Source: Candidatus Multivoradales bacterium | GTDB taxonomy: Bacteria > Acidobacteriota > Thermoanaerobaculia > Multivoradales > Multivoraceae | NCBI GenBank assembly: GCA_965223325.1 | Contig: CBDCWI010000001.1 | Location: 1,280,001-1,344,000 of the forward strand | DNA: 64,000 nucleotides | Direction of reading: 5' to 3' | In this document: positions 46,454-56,205 of the stretch, piece after piece | How the letters are laid out: the number at the start of each line of letters is the position of its first letter | Position numbering within the stretch: position 1 is the stretch's first letter | The notes under the pieces: generated by a model | Told to the model about the DNA's origin: nothing | Seen by the model: the letters and a program-made list of their open reading frames with translations, nothing else | Databases searched by the model: none | Made by a program: the position numbers and the translations under genes

Positions 46454-48384
46454 CAATGCACGGCAGAGTCGACACCAGCCATGCCGGGGCGGGCAGGCTC
46501 ACCGGCATCCTGCGTGCCGCCGCGGGCATCAGCCTGGTCGGAGGTGCCTACGGTGCCACCATTTCGCTCCTGCATCTCGTCCACAACCGGACCACCAGCC
46601 CGGTCGACGCAGTCATGGTTCTCGTCGTCATGCTGGTGCTCTATACCGGCTGGACGGTGGCTGTGCTGCTCCCATGCGCGCTCCTGGTGAGCTGGTGGCA
46701 GCGACGCACCCCGCCGGCGGCGCTTCGAGAGGATCACCCCGACGCCCCGAGCGAGCGCGCAACGGAACACTCCGGAGAACCCAGCGGCGCGATCGAGGTC
46801 CGCGCACCGCTCGAACTGCCGGGCCTCTTTCTCGGGCTCCTGGTGTTTCACCTCATGTTCTGGTTACCGGTTTTCCTGTACGGAATCACCTACGAGCAGA
46901 CGTTCGTCTTTCGGCCGCGAGGGTTCGCCGGCATGCTCACCTGGCTCGTCCTCGCGGCCGGTGTCGTGGTAGCGCTTGCCCTCGGCCTCTCCGGCTTGAC
47001 CCAGCGCTTTGTCACCCGGGTGGTCGACGGTTCGGTTCGCAACCGGGCGCTGGTATGGATCGGCGTCGGGGCACTGTTTGTGATCCACTTGGCGGCACCC
47101 CTTCTCTATCGCTCGGCTGAAGCTTCTGAGTCTGCCCGCCAAGTAGCGGCCGTAGCTGAGGACGCGTTGGCCGCTGACGCCCGCGACTTTCGAGTCGTCC
47201 TGGTAGGTCTCGATGGAGCCGACCCAGAGGTCATCGAGCGGCTCGTTGGAGAGGGCCGCCTGCCAACGTTCGAGCGCTTGATCCGCGACGGTTCTTGGGG
47301 GCCGCTCACCACGCTCCCCGACGCCAACTCGGCGGTCATCTGGGCGTCGATCTACACCGGCGCTACACCAGAAGAGCACCGTGTCTCGGATTTCTACCGC
47401 ATCCATTTGCCTGGGGTCGAGGTTCCGATCTACCCGGTCCACCGCACCTTCTTCAAGGAGTTTGTTGGTTGGCTCGAGAAGCTCGGCATCGCACGGCGCA
47501 GCGTCATCACCCGCGCCGAGCTAGCCCGCCCACCCCTATGGGAGATCGTCGACCAGACCAACGTGACCTGGGGAATCGTCGATGGCTACCTGTACTCCTT
47601 CCCGGCCTTCGAACCGAGAAAAGCCACCCCTGGCCCTCTTTCGCCGGAGTTCTTTGTCGCGTATGGGGCCGATGGGTGGGCCCGCCAGAAGAGCGTGGGC
47701 GAGCTCTCACTCGACCAGCTGCGCTGGTTCGTGCAACCAAAGGAGCTCTACCCCCTTCTCGAAGAAGCGCTACCCGAGCCCGATTTCACCTGGCAGTCGC
47801 AATCGCTCCTCCGGCTGCTCGCACGTCCTGTCGATCCGCCGCAACTGATTTCGCTCTATACGCACGAACCCGACTCGGTCCAGCACGAGACCTGGAACGG
47901 CTTCGAGCCCGAGAAGTACGCCCGCCCTGGAGATGATGGCGAAGCGATCGCCGCAATGCACGAGCGTTTCGATACGTTCCTCGCCGAACTCATCGCCACC
48001 ATGGGACCTGATACCGCCCTGATGGTGGTCTCCGACCATGGCCACGCGGCGACCGTCGTGCACGACAAGGCCACCCAGCACCGCCATGGCCCGCCGGGTA
48101 TCGCGCTCTTCTGGGGCAAGCCGTTCCGCTCCGGGTACACTCTCGAAACCGCCCACGTCTACGACGTTTTCCCGACGGTCCTGCACCTCCTGGGCCTGCC
48201 AACCGCTCGCGATAGCGCCGGCCGGGTCCTCGAATCCGCGCTTAGTCCCGGCTTTCTCAACCGTCATCCGGAGCGTAGAGTCGACTCGTGGCGATCCACC
48301 GCCCGCGACACGGCGGGCGGCTTTCGCAGCGAACTCCTCGACCGCGAGGAAATCCAAAAACTCAAACGCCTCGGCTACTTGTAG
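46450..48384 (+). CDS. Membrane-anchored alkaline phosphatase/phosphodiesterase family protein
   Basis: About 5 TM helices; GLDGAD; NSAVIWASIYTG; VSDHGH; C-terminal LKRLGYL. Confidence 0.82.
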   Translation: MTMHGRVDTSHAGAGRLTGILRAAAGISLVGGAYGATISLLHLVHNRTTSPVDAVMVLVVMLVLYTGWTVAVLLPCALLVSWWQRRTPPAALREDHPDAPSERATEHSGEPSGAIEVRAPLELPGLFLGLLVFHLMFWLPVFLYGITYEQTFVFRPRGFAGMLTWLVLAAGVVVALALGLSGLTQRFVTRVVDGSVRNRALVWIGVGALFVIHLAAPLLYRSAEASESARQVAAVAEDALAADARDFRVVLVGLDGADPEVIERLVGEGRLPTFERLIRDGSWGPLTTLPDANSAVIWASIYTGATPEEHRVSDFYRIHLPGVEVPIYPVHRTFFKEFVGWLEKLGIARRSVITRAELARPPLWEIVDQTNVTWGIVDGYLYSFPAFEPRKATPGPLSPEFFVAYGADGWARQKSVGELSLDQLRWFVQPKELYPLLEEALPEPDFTWQSQSLLRLLARPVDPPQLISLYTHEPDSVQHETWNGFEPEKYARPGDDGEAIAAMHERFDTFLAELIATMGPDTALMVVSDHGHAATVVHDKATQHRHGPPGIALFWGKPFRSGYTLETAHVYDVFPTVLHLLGLPTARDSAGRVLESALSPGFLNRHPERRVDSWRSTARDTAGGFRSELLDREEIQKLKRLGYL

Positions 48385-48437
48385 CGCCTCGTCAGGCAGG
48401 TCGGCTCGACCGCCCCTGACGAAAAGAGGAGCATTCA

Positions 48438-49229
48438 ATGCCCACATCTTCTGAAATCCCGGTCATTATCCTGTGCGGCGGACAGGGAACTCGCCTGCGC
48501 GAAGAAACGGAGTACCGCCCCAAACCAATGGTCGAGATCGGCCCTCACCCGATTCTCTGGCACATCATGAAGATCTACGCCCACCACGGCCTCGATCGCT
48601 TCGTGCTCTGCCTGGGTTACAAGGGGTGGGAGATCAAGCGCTACTTCATGCACTACGGCGAAATGTCCGGCGACTTCACGCTCGAGCTCGGAACTCAGAA
48701 GGCGCCAGTGTTTCACGAGCCCAAGCCACAAGAACACTGGTCGATCACCCTGGCCGAAACCGGCGCGATGACCGCCACCGGGGCACGGCTGAAGAAGGTG
48801 GCGCGCTACGTCGACTCCGACATCTTTTGTTTCACCTACGGCGACGCGGTGGCCAGTGTCGACATTTCGGCGCTGATCGAGTTCCACCGCCGCGAGGGTC
48901 GCCTCGCCACAGTCACCGGGGTTCGTCCTACGTCGCGCTACGGCGAAATGCGCACCGACGGCAGCCGGGTGACCGAGTTCCGCGAGAAACCGACGGCCGA
49001 GGGCGTCGTCTCCGGCGGCTTTTTCGTTCTCGACCGCAAGGTCTTCGACTACCTCAGTGACGACCAGAACCTGTTCTTCGAGCTCGACCCGCTGCGCAAC
49101 CTCGCACGCGACGGTCAGCTCTCGGTCTTTCTGCACGAAGGCTTCTGGCATCCCATGGACACCTACCGCGACTACCTTGCACTCAACGAGCAGTGGCAGG
49201 CGGGTGACGTGCCCTGGCGCTGCTGGTAG
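48438..49229 (+). CDS. rfbF: Glucose-1-phosphate cytidylyltransferase
   Basis: ILCGGQGTRLREETEYRPKPMVEIG; ILWHIMKIY; TYGDAV; GFWHPMDTYRD. Confidence 0.95.
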   Translation: MPTSSEIPVIILCGGQGTRLREETEYRPKPMVEIGPHPILWHIMKIYAHHGLDRFVLCLGYKGWEIKRYFMHYGEMSGDFTLELGTQKAPVFHEPKPQEHWSITLAETGAMTATGARLKKVARYVDSDIFCFTYGDAVASVDISALIEFHRREGRLATVTGVRPTSRYGEMRTDGSRVTEFREKPTAEGVVSGGFFVLDRKVFDYLSDDQNLFFELDPLRNLARDGQLSVFLHEGFWHPMDTYRDYLALNEQWQAGDVPWRCW

Positions 49230-49231
49230 AG

Positions 49232-50512
49232 ATGATGTCGACTGTGACCAGCTCTCCCGACAGTGATCTCGGAGAACGTCCCCAGCATCGGTGCAGGTTT
49301 TGCCAAGCGACGCTCGAGGTCTCGGTTCTCGACCTCGGAAGTTCGCCGCTCGCTAACTCCTATCTCGAGCCGCGGGATCTCGACGAGCCAGAATCGTTCT
49401 ACCCGCTTTGCGTCTACCTGTGTGAGAACTGTTGGCTGGCGCAACTACCAGCAGTCACAACGGCGGAGGCGATCTTTAGCGACTACGCCTACTTCTCCTC
49501 CTTCTCCGACAGCTGGCTGGCGCACGCCAAACAGTTCGTCGAGCGCGTGACACGCCGTCTCAATCTGGGCACAGACAGTCTGGTCGTCGAAGTCGCCAGT
49601 AACGACGGCTACCTTCTCCAGTATGCCCAGGAGCTCGGCCTGCGCGTCCTTGGCATCGAACCGGCGCAAAACGTTGCCGTCGCGGCACGTGAGAAGGGAA
49701 TCGAGACGATCGCTCGCTTCTTCGGGGCAGAGCTCGGAGAAGAGCTCGCCGAGCAGGGCATCCAGGCCGACCTGATGGTCTCGAACAATGTGCTTGCACA
49801 CGTCCCCGACCTCAACGACTTCGTGGCTGGGTTCACACACCTCCTGGCTCCCGATGGCGTCTGGACGATCGAAGTGCCTCACCTGCTGCGACTGCTCGAC
49901 GAAACCCAGTTCGACACCATCTATCACGAGCACTTTTCCTACTTCTCGCTGCATTCGGCGAGTACGGTCCTCGATGCCCACGGCCTGGCGGTGTTCGATG
50001 TCGAGGAGCTACCGACCCACGGCGGCAGCCTGCGCCTCTGGGTCAAGCACGCCAGCAACCGGGACCGCCCGGTCGAGTCTGCGGTTGAACGACTGCTCGA
50101 AGAAGAGGCCGCGGCAGGTCTCCTGGGCCTCGATGCCTACGCCTCGTTCGAGAGTCGAGTGCAGGCGATCAAGTGCGACCTCCTGCGGTTTCTCATCGAC
50201 GCCCAGGAGCGCAACGAACAAGTGGTGGCGTACGGCGCGCCAGCGAAAGGCAATACGCTTCTCAACTACTGCGGAATCGGCCCAGATCTGGTGACCTACA
50301 CGGTCGACAGGAGCCCCCACAAACAGGGCCGGTATCTGCCTGGAACCCGCATCCCGATCCACGCCCCGGACAAGATCCGCCAGACGCGACCCGCCTGGGT
50401 GCTCATTCTCCCCTGGAACCTCGAAGCTGAGATCCGCCAGCAGATGGCAGACATCGAAGACTGGGGCGGGCGCTTCGTAGTGCCAGTACCCATCGTTCGC
50501 GTTCTCGATTGA
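49232..50512 (+). CDS. NDP-hexose C-methyltransferase (SAM-dependent, Zn-binding)
   Basis: CRFC...CENC Zn site; EVASNDGYLL; NNVLAHVP; YHEHFSY; HGGSLR; YGAPAKGNTLLN. Confidence 0.92.
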   Translation: MMSTVTSSPDSDLGERPQHRCRFCQATLEVSVLDLGSSPLANSYLEPRDLDEPESFYPLCVYLCENCWLAQLPAVTTAEAIFSDYAYFSSFSDSWLAHAKQFVERVTRRLNLGTDSLVVEVASNDGYLLQYAQELGLRVLGIEPAQNVAVAAREKGIETIARFFGAELGEELAEQGIQADLMVSNNVLAHVPDLNDFVAGFTHLLAPDGVWTIEVPHLLRLLDETQFDTIYHEHFSYFSLHSASTVLDAHGLAVFDVEELPTHGGSLRLWVKHASNRDRPVESAVERLLEEEAAAGLLGLDAYASFESRVQAIKCDLLRFLIDAQERNEQVVAYGAPAKGNTLLNYCGIGPDLVTYTVDRSPHKQGRYLPGTRIPIHAPDKIRQTRPAWVLILPWNLEAEIRQQMADIEDWGGRFVVPVPIVRVLD

Positions 50513-50529
50513 AAGCCGCCTCAGACCTC

Positions 50530-51075
50530 ATGAGATTCGAAAAAACACCGCTCGCGGGCTGCTTCGAGATCGAGATCGAGCCGCACAGCGACGATCGTGG
50601 CTTCTTTGCCCGCACCTGGTGTCGTGATGAGTTGGCGGAGCATGGCCTGACGGCAGAACTCGCGCAGTGCTCGGTGTCCTACAACAAGGCGCGTGGAACG
50701 TTGCGCGGCCTCCATCTGCAGGTCGCACCCCACTCCGAGGCCAAGCTGGTGCGCTGCTCTAGCGGTGCTTTGTGGGACGTGGTCGTCGACCTGCGCCGCG
50801 GCTCGCCAACTGCCGGCCGCTGGCACGCGACCGAACTCAACGCTCGGCGACGAAACCAGCTCTTCGTTCCCGAGGGTTGTGCGCACGGCTTCCTGACTCT
50901 TGAAGACGACACCGAGGTCGAATACCTGATCTCGGTCCCCTACGCCCCAGACTCGCAACGCGGCTTTCGTTTCGACGACCCGACTCTCGGGATCACCTGG
51001 CCGGAGAAGCCACGGGTCATCTCTGACCGCGATCGAGAACTGCCGTTGTGGAACGGCACCCTCCTCGAGACCTAG
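50530..51075 (+). CDS. rfbC: dTDP/CDP-4-keto-6-deoxyglucose 3,5-epimerase
   Basis: DDRGFFAR; GTLRGLHLQ; DVVVDLR; PEGCAHGF. Confidence 0.92.
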   Translation: MRFEKTPLAGCFEIEIEPHSDDRGFFARTWCRDELAEHGLTAELAQCSVSYNKARGTLRGLHLQVAPHSEAKLVRCSSGALWDVVVDLRRGSPTAGRWHATELNARRRNQLFVPEGCAHGFLTLEDDTEVEYLISVPYAPDSQRGFRFDDPTLGITWPEKPRVISDRDRELPLWNGTLLET

Positions 51076-51078
51076 AAA

Positions 51079-52461
51079 GTGAAGTCGCTCGCCGAAAAAG
51101 GTCCGCAGAGCGGCGACTCGATGATGGAATTGATCGAGCGGCTCTTCCCTATCTGTCGCTCGATCACCGGCGCCGGAGTAAGAGACACGCTCGACGTTCT
51201 CGGCGAGGTCCTCTCTCTCGAGCGCTATCGACTACCGACGGGGCAAGCGGTTCTCGATTGGCGGGTCCCCAAGGAGTGGACCGTCGAGGCGGCGACGCTC
51301 AAAGACCCTGAGGGTCACTCGGTCGTCGACTTCAAAGACCACAACCTGCACCTGCTCAACTACAGCGCCCCCTTTGAGGGCAGCGTCGCGCTCGAAGAGC
51401 TGGAGGAGCACCTGTACTCGCTGCCCGAGCATCCCGAGTGGGTTCCCTACCGCACTTCCTACTACCAGGAGCGTTGGGGATTCTGCCTCAGCCACCATGA
51501 CCGCCAACAACTCGTGCCCGGCCAGTACGAGGTTGCAATTGACACCGCGCTCGGCAACGGTCACCTGGACTGGGGAGAGCTCTACCTACCACCAACGGTA
51601 GATGCCAGCCAGGCCTCTCAGGATGTGCTGCTGTCCGCGCATATCTGTCACCCATCGCTCGCCAACGACAACCTCTCGGCCATCGCGGTGCTCTGGCGGT
51701 TGGGGCAACTCCTCGGAGAACTCGAAGAGCGCCGGCATGGCTACAGGCTCGTCTTCGCGCCCGGAACCATCGGAGCCATCTGCTGGTTGGCGCACAATCG
51801 CGACTCCGCGGCCAAACGGGTCGGCCATGGGCTGGTGCTCGCCAACCTGGGCGATCGCGGGCGCTTTCACTACAAGCGAACTCGACGAGGCCAGCGTGGC
51901 ATCGATCGGGCGGTCGCTCGAACGTTTGAGGCCGATCTCGCCGAGGGCGACTTCGAGCTCCGCGACTTCTCACCTTTCGGCTACGACGAGCGCCAGTACG
52001 GCTCACCCGGCTTCGATCTGCCGGTTGGTCTCCTGAGCAGGACGCCCTGGGGGGAGTTCCCCGAGTACCACACTTCGGCCGATGATCTTTCGCTGGTCAG
52101 TTCCGAAGCGCTCGCCGAATCGCTCGACGTCCTGCTCGCCATCGTCGCTGCCATCGAGAGTGGGGAGTTCGAAGACGGGCCTCTACGGACCAAGGAGCCG
52201 CGCGATGACGGCACGCCGGTGCTACGGAACGTCGAACCCTATGGCGAACCCCAGCTCGGCAGTCGCGGCCTCTACTCCACCCTCGGTGGCGGCGAGAACG
52301 GTCGCGAGCAGCAGTTGGCGATCCTCTGGTTGCTCAACCAATGCGACGGTGAGAACAGTCTCGGTGAGATCAGCGAGCGTTCAGGCTTCACGGTGGAGCG
52401 ACTGTCTGAGACGGCACGCATCTTGACTTCGAGTGGTCTACTCGAGCGGCTGCGCGGCTGA
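51079..52461 (+). CDS. DUF4910 domain protein (M28-like fold, polysaccharide-locus associated, C-terminal HTH)
   Basis: PICRSITGAG; PYRTSYY; HICHPSLANDNLS; GYDERQYGSPG; EYHTSAD. Confidence 0.9.
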   Translation: MKSLAEKGPQSGDSMMELIERLFPICRSITGAGVRDTLDVLGEVLSLERYRLPTGQAVLDWRVPKEWTVEAATLKDPEGHSVVDFKDHNLHLLNYSAPFEGSVALEELEEHLYSLPEHPEWVPYRTSYYQERWGFCLSHHDRQQLVPGQYEVAIDTALGNGHLDWGELYLPPTVDASQASQDVLLSAHICHPSLANDNLSAIAVLWRLGQLLGELEERRHGYRLVFAPGTIGAICWLAHNRDSAAKRVGHGLVLANLGDRGRFHYKRTRRGQRGIDRAVARTFEADLAEGDFELRDFSPFGYDERQYGSPGFDLPVGLLSRTPWGEFPEYHTSADDLSLVSSEALAESLDVLLAIVAAIESGEFEDGPLRTKEPRDDGTPVLRNVEPYGEPQLGSRGLYSTLGGGENGREQQLAILWLLNQCDGENSLGEISERSGFTVERLSETARILTSSGLLERLRG

Positions 52462-52463
52462 GC

Positions 52464-54746
52464 TCAGGGGCGAGGAGACGTCTCGGCCACGGCCACCTCG
52501 ACCGCCGCCACGTTACCCTCTCGGCGATCGCCGAACCAGGCGACGTACTCGAGAACCGGCTCGATCTCCAGCACCAGCGAACCGACCGTCGCAACCGGAG
52601 CGTCAACGCGAACCGCGACCTCGACCGCATCACCGGGGGCGACCGGGCCCGGCAGTTCGGTGCGATGGTTGCCGCGCCCGAGGCTCGTCCCGTCGCCGGC
52701 AAGCCACTGGTAGCCCAGCTTGACGCGCGTCGACGGAGCCGGACTCCAGACCACTTCACTGTTGTTCCGGACGGTGACCGGCACCTCGAAGGCCTCTCCA
52801 GGTGAAACCGCATAAGGGGAGCTTCGAACAGCGACTTCGGCAAAGAAGGGGTCGCCCTCGACCATCGAGCCGTCGCCCAGCCAGATCAAGCGAGCACCCT
52901 GCATGAAGGTCAGCGTTTCCGACTCGGGTTCAGCAAACGTCGAACAGCGACGCGGCGGATAGTGGCGCTCCCAGTCGCGAAGCGCTCCGCGGCTGGCATG
53001 CACGGTGAGCCTGTACACCCACTCACTGTGACCCTCCCGAAGCCGCCTGCGACCGCGCGGCTCGAAGCGTACCCACGCACCCTGTCCGGTGCGCTCCATG
53101 TCCAGTTCGTGGGTCGCATCGTCCATGGACAGGCGAATTCGATTCGACGGCGCGGCGGACTGCACTTCGAACATGAAGACCGGGAGCTTCTGCGGCGACA
53201 GGAAGATCAATTCCACCGGCGCCGATGCCTCGACCCACAGTTCTTCGCCGAGTGGCACCACCACGTCCTTCTGCGCCCGCAGCCTCAACCCCTCGCCGAA
53301 CTTGACGGTGTGGTACCCCGGCATGTTGCGCAGCGACAACTCGAGCGGCAGGTGACGCAACGGGAAACCTCGCGCGTGGGCCTGGAGCGTTGGTTCAGGA
53401 ACCAGCACTCCTAAAGGGGTCAAGAGGAGCGGGCCAAGCAAGAGGCCACCGACGCCGAAGGCGATGGGTAGGAGACGGGCTCGCACAGCGGTCACCAGAA
53501 AGAGAAACGCTGGGACCACACTCACGAAATAGCGATTGCCAACGAAGCCCCCGCCACCCTGCCAGTTCCAGTCGATGAACAAGAGGAACCAGAAAGCGAC
53601 CACGACGAGTGAGAACAGCAACAACAGATGCGGTCGCGAGCGACGGCCGTAGAACAGAAACAGCACCACGGCTAGCGCTGCGAAGGGGAAGTACGGAACG
53701 AAACCTGCGTGGCGACCGATCAAGAAGTAGACAACGTTCTCGGCCAGCGCCGTTGGGTGGACACGAGGGATGCGCGCCAGCCAAGTGAACGCGTTCTGTG
53801 GCGTCGCTTCCGGGGCGGAGTCGGTCGCCAGTGCTGCAACCTCTTGCCTTGTGTCACCGCGCCACGCGGCGACCTCGGGCGGCATCTCGCCCGGCGCACA
53901 AACCGTCACCCCCCCGCGGTGCGGTTCCAGATACGGCGAGAGTCGCCCGGTGAGCACCAGACAAACCAACGAGGTGACGAGTAGCCCGAGAACGACCCCA
54001 CCGACCACCCAACCCGCGGCGCGAACTCGACGTGCGAGAAGCGGAGCTCCTACCAGCACCAGCGCCAGGCCGGCATACATCGGCTTGCCCCAGGCAGCCA
54101 CGCCGAGAGCGGCCCCCGAGCCAAGGGAGAACGCCCAGGCATGGCGCGTTTCTTCGGGCAGGCGCTCGAAGCCGAGAAACATCGCCAGGGTGATCAAGAA
54201 GGCGTTCCAGATCTCGGGCTGCAGCCAGAAGACGTAGGTCCACAAGGCGCTCACAAAGAAAAAGCCCACCGAGAACACCGCCGCCACGGGCGGTGACAGC
54301 CAGCGCGATAGGTAGAGCGCCCCCATCCAGATCATCGCCAGGAACAACACGACGTTTAAAAGCAGCATCCCGTTGGCGCCCAGCAGCCGAACCGCCGGTG
54401 CCGCTGCCAGCGAGTACGGATAGGGCTTGCCGAAATGGGTCGACTGCCAGCCATCGGTACTCATCAAGATGAGGTTGCGCTTCCAGCGAAACGGAAAGTC
54501 CTCGAACAAGCGCACCGTATCGACCTCGTCAAACCGCAGGTCGAAGTCGTTGGCGAGGCTCTCAGCCATGCCGAGGTAGGCCGCCTCATCGGCCTTCAGG
54601 TTGACAGGTAGACCCGGTTTTCCGATGGCGAGCGGTAGCGCCAGCAGAAACAACGACAGCGCGACCAACACCAATACGGTGCTCTGGTACTGCCACAACG
54701 GATTGCGCGGACCGAGGATCGGGCGCTCGAGGGGAGGAGCAGACAT
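52464..54746 (-). CDS. Polytopic membrane protein, putative GT-C fold glycosyltransferase (paralog B) with C-terminal Ig-like domain
   Basis: ADEAAY; ESLANDFDLRF; WQGGGGFVGNRYF; C-terminal VRNNS..W...LGYQW...LPGPVAPG. Confidence 0.65.
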   Translation of the reverse strand: MSAPPLERPILGPRNPLWQYQSTVLVLVALSLFLLALPLAIGKPGLPVNLKADEAAYLGMAESLANDFDLRFDEVDTVRLFEDFPFRWKRNLILMSTDGWQSTHFGKPYPYSLAAAPAVRLLGANGMLLLNVVLFLAMIWMGALYLSRWLSPPVAAVFSVGFFFVSALWTYVFWLQPEIWNAFLITLAMFLGFERLPEETRHAWAFSLGSGAALGVAAWGKPMYAGLALVLVGAPLLARRVRAAGWVVGGVVLGLLVTSLVCLVLTGRLSPYLEPHRGGVTVCAPGEMPPEVAAWRGDTRQEVAALATDSAPEATPQNAFTWLARIPRVHPTALAENVVYFLIGRHAGFVPYFPFAALAVVLFLFYGRRSRPHLLLLFSLVVVAFWFLLFIDWNWQGGGGFVGNRYFVSVVPAFLFLVTAVRARLLPIAFGVGGLLLGPLLLTPLGVLVPEPTLQAHARGFPLRHLPLELSLRNMPGYHTVKFGEGLRLRAQKDVVVPLGEELWVEASAPVELIFLSPQKLPVFMFEVQSAAPSNRIRLSMDDATHELDMERTGQGAWVRFEPRGRRRLREGHSEWVYRLTVHASRGALRDWERHYPPRRCSTFAEPESETLTFMQGARLIWLGDGSMVEGDPFFAEVAVRSSPYAVSPGEAFEVPVTVRNNSEVVWSPAPSTRVKLGYQWLAGDGTSLGRGNHRTELPGPVAPGDAVEVAVRVDAPVATVGSLVLEIEPVLEYVAWFGDRREGNVAAVEVAVAETSPRP

Positions 54747-54765
54747 CGCGCGGAGTCTACGACCC

Positions 54766-55881
54766 CTAACGAACGGGTGCCCAGCCGGCAGTGGCGCTCT
54801 GTTCTGCGGACCACAGGAGGGTGGGGTCGCCCGCAACCAGACGCACCACCGGAGTCTCGCGAAGGTCGGTCTCGATGAGCGCGGTGCGCGTCACCTGGGC
54901 CGTACCATCGAGCTCGGCAAGGCTCCACTGACGCGGCCATGACCGGTAGCTCAGAAGCCGACGGCTCGAGGGAGGGCCACTCCAGCTGAGGCGATGCGCT
55001 CCCAGGGCGGGCAGCTCTTCGGTGTCCCATACCGTCGCCGCTTCGAGCCGCTTCGCCAGGTGCAGGCGGTAGCCGCTGTTCGGAGCAGCAGCGTTCTCTT
55101 CGCGCACGAAACCCGACCACGCCACCGCAACGCCAGCCGTGGTCGTTGCCACCCGCGGCCGAATGTCGGGAACCTGGTTGTCGGTGAGGTTTTGCGCCGC
55201 CTGCCAGAGACCTCGCGTGCGCACGGCCACCCGGATCTCGTCGTCCTGGCCGTCGAAGGCGCTCCAGGCGAGCAACCAGCTCCCGTCGCCGAGCACCGCA
55301 CCGTCGAGCCCGGTCTGGGTGCCGCGAGCTGCAGCAGCGACGCGGACAGGGCGCTCGAAGACAGGGTCGGTTGATTCTTCGCTGTCGGCCGCCGGACTTC
55401 GCACGGCGGCCGCCCAGACTTCTAAGCGCTGGGGGTCGGAGCCTTCGAGCCAGGCGAGCCCGACGAGTGCACCGTTCGCCACCAGCACGACCGGCTCGCT
55501 GCGCTCGCGTGCCGTGCCGCTCGTGTGGCCTGGCACACGCAGCGGTCGTTGTGCTCCTTCGTCGCCCACCAGCAGGAAGAGCTCGTCGAGGCTGAGTTCG
55601 CCCCGGGTCCCGGAGTCACTCGCCGGACGTGAGCCGGCCACCCAGAACCGCCTCCCATTCTCACCTTCGGCAACCGCGAACGAGGAAACGAAGCCATCGC
55701 CCGTGGCTACTTCGGTCTTCGCCCCGCCGGGCCAGACAACGGCCACCACGTCGCCCTCGGCGCGTAGAACGACCTCTTCGCCCGAGACCGGGTCGGCTCG
55801 CTGGAGAACGAGAACATCGCTCGCCCACACCCTCGCACCCGAGACCAACATGACCAGGGCGACCAGCAGAGTGCAGCGCAC
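54766..55881 (-). CDS. Secreted hypothetical protein (ORF extends to 55971; GTG at 55881 is the likely start)
   Basis: Signal peptide; beta-rich, LAWSAFDGQDDEI, DNQVPDIRP. Confidence 0.6.
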   Translation of the reverse strand: MRCTLLVALVMLVSGARVWASDVLVLQRADPVSGEEVVLRAEGDVVAVVWPGGAKTEVATGDGFVSSFAVAEGENGRRFWVAGSRPASDSGTRGELSLDELFLLVGDEGAQRPLRVPGHTSGTARERSEPVVLVANGALVGLAWLEGSDPQRLEVWAAAVRSPAADSEESTDPVFERPVRVAAAARGTQTGLDGAVLGDGSWLLAWSAFDGQDDEIRVAVRTRGLWQAAQNLTDNQVPDIRPRVATTTAGVAVAWSGFVREENAAAPNSGYRLHLAKRLEAATVWDTEELPALGAHRLSWSGPPSSRRLLSYRSWPRQWSLAELDGTAQVTRTALIETDLRETPVVRLVAGDPTLLWSAEQSATAGWAPVR

Positions 55882-56205
55882 TCGAGGGTCGCCCGAGCGC
55901 GGGCTCGAATGCCTGGCGCCGAAGGGGTTTTGGGGCGTGTTTTCGGGCCGGTTTCCGAAGCGAGGGACCATCAGGAAATCGTTCTCAGAGCAGAAACGTC
56001 GTGGGGGAGTCGAAGCTTCAATCTATCAGCCGGCCCCAGCTCTGAGCCGACGCTCGGGTCGCGCGGTCGCCAGTAGACTGCCCGGGGACAGAACGGCTGT
56101 CGACCGGTCGAGATTGCCCTAGAAGCTCGCAACGACCCGCTGCCCCGCAAACATCCTAGAGTTCCCAGGCCCTCCACCCCGCTGGTCAGACGACGAACAG
56201 ACTCC

